The notes beneath the pieces were generated by a model that searched no databases, had not been told where the DNA came from, and worked only from the letters and a program-made list of their open reading frames with translations. A program made the translations under genes and the position numbers. Positions 1 through 10,799 of a stretch of 64,000 bases of DNA are shown here, piece by piece. Origin of the DNA: Podarcis vaucheri (lineage: Eukaryota). The stretch lies in NCBI GenBank assembly GCA_965113315.1, contig OZ220366.1; one strand, written 5' to 3'. Position 1 is the stretch's first letter. Every line of letters begins with the position of its first letter.

Positions 1-3000
1 GAGGAGTTAGTTCTGTGTTTTGTCAACTCCTCCCTAGTCCCAGCCTCTCAGTACATTGCCTCTTCCTTTTGGAATCCTAAATATTCCTCTACATATTCTA
101 ATAAGGGACATTGAATTTCCTCCTACTCTTCAGCACCTAACTTCCTATTCCTCTCTGACTGACCAGGAGATTCTCTTTCTCCAGCTGCTTAACCCATTTC
201 ACCCCCTCCAACAATCTCTGGTGAAGCACAGTGGCTCCAAACTATGATTTTGGTTAGTCTTCCCTAACCAGTTGCCCTCTAGGTATCTGGGACTGCAACT
301 CCCATCAGCCCCAGTGTGTTGGCAGGGGCTGACAGGAATTGTAGTCTGAAAACCAGGAGACCAACAGGTTGGGGAAGGCTGATTTTGGTGACGTCGCTTT
401 CCAAGTGTCCCAGTGGACAAAGCACTGGATTTGGAGAAAAGACACTGGTTAAACCTCCGACCTCAGTGTTTGGCTGCAGATCAATAACCGTTTTTCCTCA
501 GCTTCACATCTCTAAAGAGGGAAGAACACGTACCTGCGTTTCTGACTGAGTTGGGCAGGGGGCTGAGATAAAGTTGGCAGCAATATACAGTATCAGTAGT
601 AAATAGCAGTTGCTGTCCCATTTTCCTTGTTCCAAGTATTTAGTTACATGAAGAAAACTTTGGATCACTTATCCAAAACCTAATACATAGGCTGCAATTT
701 GAGAATGATCGCAGGATGTTGTTTGGCTGATAAAAGTGAATGAGTATAAAACTAGCAAACAGTGGACACAGGTACACAGCCCCTCCCCTCCCAATACAGT
801 GGGAGAAAATGGTGGTACCCAAGGATTCCATTTTGGCGGCAAGATTCCATTGGATTCCATTTTGGTAGCAAGAATGCGTGTTTCTTTCTTAAGATAATTT
901 CTACCCTACGCTTCTGTTCCAATAGTAATATTCAGGGCCAAATGTAGCCCCCTCCAAGGGACCCCCTATTCCCCTCACAGAGCTACAATTCCTAGAGTTC
1001 CCTGGGAAGGAGAGCTTGATTGCTAAACCGCTCTGGCTATTGTAACTCTGTGCGGGAAATAGGTGTTTCCCGAAAACTCTCGGCACCCTTAACGAACTGC
1101 ACTTCCCATGATCCTTTGAGGGAACCAGTGACTGCTTAGAGTGGTATGACGCTGCTTTAAATGTTTAGTGCACATGGAGCCTAAAATAACGGTAGTGTGG
1201 TCTTCCCAGGTTCCCCTCCCTCCAATTTTGACAAGTAGCCGCAGGCTGTGTCTGAAAGGCACATGAGGCCCCCTCTTTGCTGTAGTGAAGGAGGTCTAGA
1301 TCTAGTCAGGGCCTGGATGAGTGCCCACTTGGGAACCACAGGGCTCATTGATGGGAAAACAAGTGTGATATAAATGTAATCAGTAAAACAGAAGAGGCTC
1401 ATCCAACTCCTGTTTGGGCTAGTAGCCATGGCTGGCGGGGCTGTGTGTGCTTTTGCATAGGCGGTGGTGGTCTGGGTGCTGAGAAGCATTCTCCCCTTGC
1501 AGCAAGCTGGTACCCATCATTATCAAGCTTAGTGTCGTCCTCTTTGCAGGAGCTGGAGAAAGAGAGGAGGGATGTGGGTGAGGACCGGGTGGTCGCTAGG
1601 CAACCGCAGCACAGCTAACCAGTTGTTAAGCAACTGGAGCAATCGGGAGCCATCCTTCACGGCATAAACAGCTCCTGCTCCCTCATTAGGAAGAGAAGAA
1701 GGGAAGAACATTGTCCAGATGCTTCTGTAATTGCAGGCAACACAGCGCAGGGGGATGCTTCCGCCTGTTAAATGTAAGAGGAGCTAACCTGATTAGCTTG
1801 GGCTTGGTTTTTGAGCTAGGAATCAGCACTGGAGACAAGGAACAGCTATGCGCTCTCCTGGAATACGTAAAGCAGTAAGAGACTGGAGGAGTGGATGAAG
1901 CAGATAGAGAGATGGTTGATACTCAATGAAGTTGAGTATTGGGGGTTCAGGAGGACAGGCAAAAGGAGGTGCCTCTTTTGCAGAGCACATAGTTAAACTA
2001 CAGAATTCACTACAAGATGTCCCAGTGGCCACCAACAACCCATCAGCACCAGCCAGCATGGGCAATGGCCGGGGTGATGGAATTTGAAGTCGGTAGCATC
2101 TGGAAGGTCAGAAGTTACCCCACCCCATCCTCATCCTAGAGACTCAACGACTCCCAGCCAGCCAGCCAGCCGAAGATCTGGAGTTAAGGACAAGGTGGAG
2201 AGACTATTGCTTGCAGGATGGCTGGAACCCCAGTCCTTGTCTGCTTAGAAATTACACAGTAGCATCAGAAGGACTATGACAGCCTTGCAAATAAGCCCAC
2301 AGACGTTACTAGCCTGCTTCTTCTTTTTACCAGCCAACTAAGAAGCTACTAGTTTGCATCTTTGGTTGTAACAGAAGGAAGTCCCCTCCTCCATAGTCCT
2401 CATGAGAATTCGGGCTACTTGCAGGGCAGTTAAGAAAAGAAAATTGACTTCTACCAACCAAACTGGTGGGATGGGTGGAATGATTTGTCTCTCCTCTGCC
2501 AGCCGGTTTGGCTTCCATGGTGGCCACAGAGGAAAGGGCTCTTCTACCTTCAAGGCTTGCATGGAAGCCAGGTGGACTAGCAAATGAGAGAGAGGGCAAG
2601 AGATGGACCCATACTTCCTCTACCAAACCACTCACTCACCTGTATGGAATCTCTGATTGCCTCTGGGTACCAGGTGAGCTATGAAGTACAAGGCTAGCTG
2701 ATGCACATTCCAGGAATGGCTCTAAGGATGGAGGCCGATTGGCCATGATTCACATTGACTCCCTGACATTCCATTCATTTGTATGCGTAATTGAGTTGTT
2801 CCAAAAGCTGGTTCTGATGTAATCTCTGCATCATATTTACAGTGTCATTTGGAAAAGGTCATTCTAGTGGTCACTCTGTTACTAGAGACATCTGGAACAG
2901 GCACATTCCTTTAGGTGACTCAGGAGAAATGTGTCCTCAACCTATGTAATAATCTGAACCTGGCAAAAAGCTGTGTAATGTAAGAGGCGTGTCCACCTGT

Positions 3001-3522
3001 TCAAAATTCGACATTGTTTGTGGCAAAGGCACTGATTGGCCAAGTTGGCATGGAATGCTGCTTACGGATATTCCAACTGCTCAATGAAATGAGGTTGTCA
3101 GGATGTTTGTAGATCAGCTTCTGTAAGGGAAGGGAGAACTGCCAGTTTGGCTGGAATTGTAATAACTTTGTTATTGTAACAACCTTGCAAGAGGTGTGGC
3201 TTTGCAGGAGAATCTAGGAATAGAGATGCAAAGGGCCAGGAAGCCCTGAAGGAAAAGTGAGGAATAGGTCTCATATTAAAAGGTAGCAGCGTTACTAGGG
3301 ATACTGTTGACTGTATCAACATAGAGGTTTTATTAATAAATGTTGTGTACAAAAGTAAGTGTATCTCTGTAATTTGGAGACAGCAGTAATTACCAGAGTG
3401 TCTTTTAAATATGATGGGTTGGAGCTAATGCTAGTCCTACTCAGAGTAAACCCATTGAAGTAAACATACATTAATTTCAGTGGGTCTACTCTGAGTAGCA
3501 ATTAGTTGAATGCAATCCAGGG

Positions 3523-3673
3523 CATGGGCGTAGCCAGGATTTATGTTGGGGGAGGCAGGATTTATGTTAGGGGAACAGAACTGAGCTATCTGTGACACGT
3601 TTGTCAGCTAAGTATTTTTATTTATTTACTTGATGGGGGGCAGCTGCCCACTGCCCCCCTGGCTACACCCCTG
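3523..3673. mobile_element. Short non-autonomous hAT-like DNA transposon
   Basis: TIR-like ends catgggcgtagccagg ... cctggctacacccctg; TSD degenerate. Confidence 0.55.
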
Positions 3674-4068
3674 ATCCAATATTGAGATTTATGGAACCTT
3701 GGATGGTGATGAAAAAGTTTTTGAACCATAAAGTTACACTGCATGAATTGCAAATTTTTCAATGTCAGGTTTTGATGGTTTTTTAAATAAATTTAAAATT
3801 CAAGACTTCAGAAATACCACAAACACTGAACTCCAGCTGAAGCCCTATGTATGGTTTTGTGCTGAATTAGAGAAATGGCTGGCAAGTTTTAAATCATAAA
3901 CTTTTGTTGTTCTTGTTTAAAGGCTTGAAACAAAATGTAAATTTTGAAATTAGACAGTCTTAAGATTTCTAGAATCTGGATTGTCCAAGAAATTGCACAT
4001 AGGGCCTGAGAAATTTAATGAGTGACCTTTGTTCTAAAATCCAGTTATTTCTCTTGTTCGCATTTTAG

Positions 4069-5196
4069 ATCGATGATCCTGAAAATGGCCTGGAAGGAAT
4101 GATGCCGGAAGTTGAGGTCACAGGTTCAGTGGACAACTTGGGGTCTAAGCAGGCCCTCACAGCAGACTACGTGGACTCTGGCTATGAGAGGGGGCAACTA
4201 AACCCTAGTTCTCTTCATAAGGGCGACCACGAGATAGCCACCTACACGCTGACCAATGCGGTGCCATTGACCCCGCCTCTCCATGAGATATGGCACTGGG
4301 AGATTGAGAGCCTGGTAGGCCAGGCCTTGGCTCCACACTGTGACAATGGAAAGGGACTCTATCTTGTTTCCGGGGCAATTCCTTCCACCCTGAAAGTGAA
4401 GGACAAAGTCTCTGTCCCTGAGTCTCTCTGGCTGGCCGCCTGCTGCGATGATGGCTCCAAGACCTGGTCTTTGGGATTTATTAAGCAGGCAACTGCTGAG
4501 AATCGCCTGGAAGACCTCACCGTGGAAGCCCTTGAGAAGAAGCTCCACGCAGGAGCTCAACTGTTTAAGAACCACTGCGGCCAAGACAGACACGACCCCA
4601 AGAAACTGGAGGAGGTCCACCATGCTGTGAAACACGTCCGAGCTAAGGAACCGGTGCCACAAGCGAAGAAGTCCACCACAGGCCAGCACGCCGGCACACA
4701 GCCAAAGGAGGAGAGCGGCTTTCTGAAGAAGTTATTTTATTTCATCGTTACACCTATCTTCAAACTGCTGAAATTGGTCGTCTACCTGGTTGTCCATATT
4801 GTGAAATACACCTTCTCTCTTCTGTGGCGCCTCATCCAGACAATCGTCGGGGGGGTGTTCACCTTCATCAAAGGAATTGCCACAGCGCTGCTGAATGTCT
4901 TTGTTGACGTGGCTCGCGTGGGCGTCAACATCCTGAACGGCATTGCCAAAAACATCTACAGCGTCCTGATGGTTACATACAAGATTCTCTGCATCCCTGT
5001 GAGCGTGATACTAGACATCGTGTCCTTCCCTTTCTACGTCCTGGGTGCCATCCCTACAGTCCTCCGAGATATCGCCTCAGGTATTGGTGGATTATTCTTA
5101 CTGGCAATTGATGCCACGACAAGCATTGTGACGGGCCTAAATTACATCGTTTCGCATTTAGCCAAAAGGTTCCTTCCTAAGATTTACGATGCCTGA
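4069..5196 (+). CDS. ENDOD1: Endonuclease domain-containing 1 protein, last (large) coding exon
   Basis: Pyrimidine-rich acceptor (ttgttcgcattttag, AG at 4067-4068) opens in frame with ORF 4099-5196, giving IDDPENGLEGMMPEVE... Motifs LGSKQALTADYVDSGYERGQL, ATYTLTNAVP, LYLVSGAIPS and KDKVSVPESLWLAACC plus a long hydrophobic C-terminal region match vertebrate ENDOD1 exon 2 as recalled. Neighbouring SESN3 fits known synteny. Confidence 0.95.
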   Translation: MDDPENGLEGMMPEVEVTGSVDNLGSKQALTADYVDSGYERGQLNPSSLHKGDHEIATYTLTNAVPLTPPLHEIWHWEIESLVGQALAPHCDNGKGLYLVSGAIPSTLKVKDKVSVPESLWLAACCDDGSKTWSLGFIKQATAENRLEDLTVEALEKKLHAGAQLFKNHCGQDRHDPKKLEEVHHAVKHVRAKEPVPQAKKSTTGQHAGTQPKEESGFLKKLFYFIVTPIFKLLKLVVYLVVHIVKYTFSLLWRLIQTIVGGVFTFIKGIATALLNVFVDVARVGVNILNGIAKNIYSVLMVTYKILCIPVSVILDIVSFPFYVLGAIPTVLRDIASGIGGLFLLAIDATTSIVTGLNYIVSHLAKRFLPKIYDA

Positions 5197-5961
5197 AAAG
5201 CGGTGTGAGAAAGCGAATGGCTATGAAGAACTCTGGGGAAAGAAACCCAAAGCAATACTTTCCGATATGTTGCTAATCTCCTGCTGTTCCTATAAAGTAT
5301 TTATTTGTGATGACATTAACAGTAATGAACCGATGTTCTGGTAACATGGGTGAGCTTCATGCCCCCTTCCGCTCTCGAAGGGGCATTTTATGGCAAAATT
5401 AAATGTTCACTTATTGTAAAATGTTGCACTTTGGGTGGCTGGTTGACCTTTCCGTCTCATGTCAAGTCTTTTGAGAACCAGGAAAAGTTCTGAACAGGAG
5501 AAAAACCTTCATCCTCTCTACTAGAATATATGAAAAAGGTGGATACAGAATCCTCTGCAGTGACTGAACCTGCCAAAATACTTCTCTTTGTAGTAAGTTT
5601 GCAGCATAAGCAGAGAACCTTACTGGGGGGAAGGGGTTTTTAGAGATTTTGAAGAAATCATTTTCCCAAGTCAAGAATTATCCATGGAGAGGAGAGTCGC
5701 TTTCAAAATTTCCCTTTTTGGTTTAGGCTTTAACTCAATGATAAGAGAGCATCCTTGGCATGTCGAGTGTCCCACATTCAATCTTTGACACCTCCAGTTA
5801 AAATAGAGAACTGGGCTGGAAAAGACCCCTATCTGAGACCCCAGTTGAGCGTCTGTCAAGCAAAGGATACAGCATTTGGCTGGCCAGTGCTCTGACTCAT
5901 TGTAAGAATTATTTTTGCACTTTTTTGCACTACTTCCTCCTTCCCCCCACTCCTCTGGCAA

Positions 5962-6940
5962 ATAATAATAATAATAATAATAAGAGTTATACCCTGCCCA
6001 TCTGGCTGGGTTTCCCTGGCCACTCTAGGCGGCTTCCAACAAAATATTAAAAATACAATAAAACGTCAAACATTAAAAACTTCCCTAAACAGGGATACCT
6101 TCAGATGTCTTCTAAAAGTCAGATAGTTGTTTATTTCCATGACATCTGATGGGAGGGCATTCCACAGGGTGGGCACCACTACTGAGAAGGCCCTCTGCCT
6201 GCTTCCCTGTAACCTCACTTCTTGCAGTGAGGGAACCACCAGAAAGGCCCTCAGCGTTGACCTCAGTGTCTGGGCTGAATGATGGGGGTGGAGACGCTCC
6301 TTCAGGTATACCGGGCTGAGGCCGTTTAGGGCTTTAAAGGTCAGCAGCAGTACTTTGAATTGTGCTCGGAAACGTACTGGGAGCCAATGCAGATCTCTCA
6401 GAACCGGCGTTATGTGGTCCTGGTGGCCACTCCCAGTCACCAGTCTAGCTGCCGCATTCTGGATTACAGTGGTGCCCCGCAAGACGAATGCCTCGCAAGA
6501 CGAAAAACTCGCTAGACGAAAGGGTTTTTCGGTTTTGCGTTGCTTCGCTAGACGAATTTCCCTATGGGCTTGCTTCGCAAGACAAAAACGTCTTGCGCTT
6601 TTTTTTAAAGCCGCTTGAAGAGGCACAGTTGTGGCGGACCGTGCTTCGCAAGACGAAAAACATCGCAAGACGAAAAGACTCGCGGAACGAATTATTTTCG
6701 TCTTGCGAGGCACCACTGTAGTTGCAGTTTCTGGGTCACCTTCAAAGGTAGCCCCACGTAGAGCACATTGCAGTAGTCCAAGCAGGAGATAACTAGAGCA
6801 TGCACCACTCTGGTGAGATAGTCCACAGACAGGTAGGATGTCAGCCTGTGTACCAGATGGAGCTGGTAGACAGCTGCCCTGGACACAGAACTGACCCCTG
6901 CACCTCCATGGATAGCTGAGAGTCCAAAATGACTCACATA
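5962..6940 (-). mobile_element. L2-clade LINE 3' fragment (ORF2 C-terminus plus microsatellite tail), interrupted by a MITE
   Basis: Translates as ...ISCLDYCNVLYVGLP...QKLQL|IQNAAARLVTG...DHITPVLRDLHWLPVRFRAQFKVLLLTFKAL, typical of L2; (TTA)n tail at 5962-5983. Confidence 0.88.
6467..6718. mobile_element. Tc1/mariner (pogo/Tigger-like) MITE nested in the L2
   Basis: 22-bp TIRs cagtggtgccccgcaagacgaa / ttcgtcttgcgaggcaccactg (1 mismatch), TA on both sides. Confidence 0.92.
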
Positions 6941-8716
6941 AAGCAATTCAGCTGGCAGGTCATCTGCTGCTGTCCCTTGAAGGTAGAAGAATGAGTTCCT
7001 ACAGGGAGGAATTCAATCTAGCGCTGATGGAGCAATCTCCCCTCCCCTTGTGTGCTGTTTTGGGGTTCTTCCAACCCCCTCAAGCCAATTTCAGGGGGGA
7101 AGGGAGGAATCCCTGATGCACTAGTGGAAGCCCTTGTGTGAGGTTCTGCTAGTGTCGTTGGTTAGTTGAACCTGGTCAATACTGGTGTAGAATATCTGTT
7201 TAAGAAACAGAGTAATGGACTGGGAAGTTCCCGGTTGAATTTCATCTCTGCGATGAACTAAACTAGGCAACCTCAAGCCCCTCCATCCACAATATGGAAA
7301 ATAATTATGCTGACAGGAAGATGTGTAAGGTAAAGGCATACTGTATGTGATGCAACTTGAATCTTGCAAGCGCTGTGCACACATTCACACAATCCATTTA
7401 AGGCACTACAATACCTCTTGAAACAGTAATGGGTTGCCTCAAAGGATTCTGGGAGCAGTTTGTTAAGGGTGCCAAGAATTGTTCAGCCTTCCTTCCTCCC
7501 CGAGCTACAATTATCAATCCCTCTTCATGGAAAACTGGGAATTGTAGCTCCGGGCGGGGAACTACCGGTCTCCTAAGAACTTTCAGCACGTTTAACTACT
7601 CCTCCCAGAATTCTCTGAGGCAAGTCACAACTATTTAAATGGTGTGAATGTGGCCGTAGTGCAGTATCTATTCTATGCTCTGTTCTTTTCAGAGTGAGGC
7701 TTACTGGCTTTTGCCTCTAAGGCAGGTCTGGGTTTCAAACCTGTGCTTAGATTAACTTCTGAATTGGATTGTTGTAACACATTGGACATGGCTCTGCCCT
7801 AGAAGAGTTTAGGCCGTTTTAGTGAAAAATGAGGCAGCTAGACTTCTTATCTGTGGCTAGATGTAGGGAGCACCTTACAAGGTTTCTTGTTTTCGTTTTA
7901 AGAACTAGCCATGAGACTCCTGGTCGATTTTAATCTTTAAAAAGCCTTTAAAAGGTTTGAGACAAGTTTAGCTTAAGGACCACTTCCCCCTCCATGAAGC
8001 TTCTCAGCTCAGGAATGCTTTCCCCATGGCGACTGGCAGGGCACCAACCCATATATCTTCCGTGTTCCTGGAGAGGATCTTTCTATTTGCCCAGCCTTTT
8101 GAAGTCACAGAGTTTTAATCTGGTTCTCTGCTTTGATCTCTGCTGCTGTTTTACATTGGATTTTTGGTTTCATGTATTTATTGCTAACCTTTATTTCTGA
8201 TTTTGTTTGCCACTCTCAAGACGTTTCACATGGAGAGTGGTATAGAAACACCACCTAAGTGAATAAATAGTATTTTCACTACCTCTATAGAGTGAGGCTT
8301 CTCACAGCAATCTTTATTATTTAATTTATCCCTTGCCACATACTACGGTGTCGGCAGAAGAAAGGTGGCAGTTCTGTGCATAAGAACCTGTAGCCCAAAA
8401 GCAACTTCCATCACCCATGCCCATTGGCCACACTGGCTGGAGCACCTGGGAGCAGGAGTTCAACTGGAAAGCCACAGTTTCCCCATCTCAGTCTTAAAAG
8501 GTGGCATGGCTGACAACCACAAATAGGACCCATCTTTCCCTAATTTGTCCACAAAAAGAGTTAGCCACTAGGGAAACTTCTTCTAGTTTGCAAAATAAGT
8601 GGACCCAATTGGGGGTCAGGGAGAGGAAGAGAAAATCCTGTGAGTGCTTTTATGAACTGTCAGATTCTGCATCAGGTCATGCCTCCATGTTTAAGCTGCT
8701 AAATTGCAGACAAATA

Positions 8717-8885
8717 CCATATTTTTCGCTCTATAACACGCACCCGACCATAACACGCACGTAGCTTTTAGAGGAGGAAAATCTGTAGGCATGCCACCCC
8801 TAGGCATTCCCTCCATAACACGCACAGACATTTCCCCTTACTTTTTAGGAGGAAAAAAGTGAGTGTTATGGTGCAAAAAATACGG
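8717..8885. mobile_element. Tc2/pogo-like MITE, short internally deleted form
   Basis: ta-ccatatttttcgctctataacac ... gtgttatggtgcaaaaaatacgg-ta; both ends match 10048-10799. Confidence 0.85.
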
Positions 8886-9614
8886 TAATTATCTGGTACA
8901 AGCAACGCCAGGAAGAAGTGTATTTGCAGCATTTAGTGCCCCCCTGTGTTCAGATCAGGTTAAACAGACAACAATCTCCTTTTAACTGGCTGGTTTGAGT
9001 CCTTGGTTTGGGGCGACTGCCGTTCCTGGGAATAATGGGTATGATCCAGCCGAAGTTAAGGATTTTTAATCACACCTCATGGAGTAAAATGTGGAATCCC
9101 TCCCTTTGAAAGGCACAGGCAAGGCAAAACAAAACACATCAAGTTAGCTGTGTATTATTTTTTTTTAAGTGTGTAACAGCAAGAAGTTGAAACATTAGGA
9201 AGATCATTCTGGAAAGCTACAGATTTTAATTACGTTCTAATTAAGCTGTCTGGAGATACGTTTGAGGACAAAAGGAGTACTTCTACACACCAGGTGCATG
9301 GGATTTACACAAACTCGTTACCCCAATACGTGATGGTGGCCAGAATCTTTTAAAAGAAAGACCCATGGAAGATGTGCCTTATTAATGGCACAACCCGCAC
9401 AAAACCTCCATGATTAGAGGCCGTTTACCTTTAATTCACAAATGTTGGGGGGGGGGGAAGGGTAAATGGCTCTCTTGCACCACACCTTGCCTGTGAGCTT
9501 CTCATGTCACACAACTGGCTTCCTGCTTGGAGAAGGGAAAGCTGGATTTTAATACTGAATGTTTATATGTAAAATTAGACACACTCCAGTTTTCCTCCTA
9601 AGGCTAGAACCTGT

Positions 9615-9990
9615 GAACATCTAATGAAGCTGAATGTTGGAAAATTCAGGACAAAAGAAAGTACTACTTCGCACCGTACATAATAAAACCTATGGAATTT
9701 GCTCTGGACCAGAGGTACTGATGATGGCCACCAATTTGGATGGCTTTAAAAGAGGACTAGACAAATTCATGGGGGATAAGGCTAGCAGTAGCTACGAGTC
9801 ATGATGGCTATGTTCTACTTTCACTTTGGGGGGGCTGCATGCCTCTGATAAACCATTAATGGGAGCAATTATTTTGCAGTCATGGCCTGCTTGCGGGCTT
9901 CCTATCTGGTTGACCACTTCGAGAATAGGATGGTGTGTTAGATGGGCCTTTAGGGCTGATCCTGCGAGGCTTTTCTCATGTTCTCATGAC
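9615..9990 (+). mobile_element. Degraded CR1-like LINE 3' fragment
   Basis: aaattcaggacaaaagaaagtactacttc ... ggatggctttaaaagaggactagacaaattcatgg resembles a CR1 ORF2 end. Boundaries approximate. Confidence 0.6.
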
Positions 9991-10047
9991 TATATGGACC
10001 TTTGTTCTGATCCAGCGCGACGGTTCTCAAATCCATATATAAAATTA

Positions 10048-10799
10048 CCGTATTTTTCGCTCTATCACACGCACCAGACCATAACACGCACGTAGTTTTT
10101 AGAGGAGGAAAACAAGAAAAAAAATATTCTAAATGAAACAGTGGATGTATGATTTTTGTGGTTCATGCTGTGGCCACAGACATGTGATCTGACAGTGAGT
10201 TTGGAGTAGCCCAGTGCAAAAATCCTGAGGATCCATGTGGATCCATGCTTTGTAACCACGTTTTTGCACCACTGCGACCCCAGGCAACAGTGGGTGCGTG
10301 ATTTTTTTTGGTGCAAGATGTAGCCATGGACATGCTATGTGATCTGATGGTGAATTTGGGGTGACCCAGTGCAAAAATCCTGAGGATCCATGCTTTGTAA
10401 CCACGTTTTAAGTGGGAAGGGAAGGAAAAGCACTCAAGGGACAAGGAGCACGCATGGGGTGTGTGGAGAAGGATGCTGCTAATAATGCTATTTAGCGAGC
10501 TGAGTGGGGAGGAGAGAGGTCCAGAGAGCCTGCTTGCTTTAAAGGAGCCCCTCCCGCTTTGCTCTTTTAAAGCAAGCAGGCTCTCTGTCCCTCTCTCCAA
10601 CCCACTCAGCAGCTCTTCTCCCGCTTTACTGTTTTAAAACGAGCCACGGAGGAGGGAAGGAAGGGGAACCATGGATCCTCTGCTCACGACTGCAGCAGAT
10701 CCCCCCGCCACCCGTAGGCATTCGCTCCATAACACGCACAGACATTTCCCCTTACTTTCTAGGAGGAAAAAAGGGAGTGTTATGGTGCAAAAAATACGG
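10048..10799. mobile_element. Tc2/pogo-like non-autonomous DNA transposon, long form (752 bp)
   Basis: ta-ccgtatttttcgc ... gcaaaaaatacgg-ta termini, internal tandem duplication and internal hairpin. Confidence 0.87.

Noticed and set aside
5359-5403. Small GC hairpin upstream of ATTAAA in the ENDOD1 3' UTR as a SECIS or other structured element
   Set aside because: No SECIS quartet or apical AA geometry; too short to distinguish from chance without conservation data.
6478-6710. Recurrent short repeats as a CRISPR-like array
   Set aside because: Eukaryotic context, irregular spacing and only 11-bp motifs inside a TIR-bounded MITE.
6066-6716. 216-aa ORF as a host gene
   Set aside because: Chimera of MITE sequence and an L2 ORF2 remnant.
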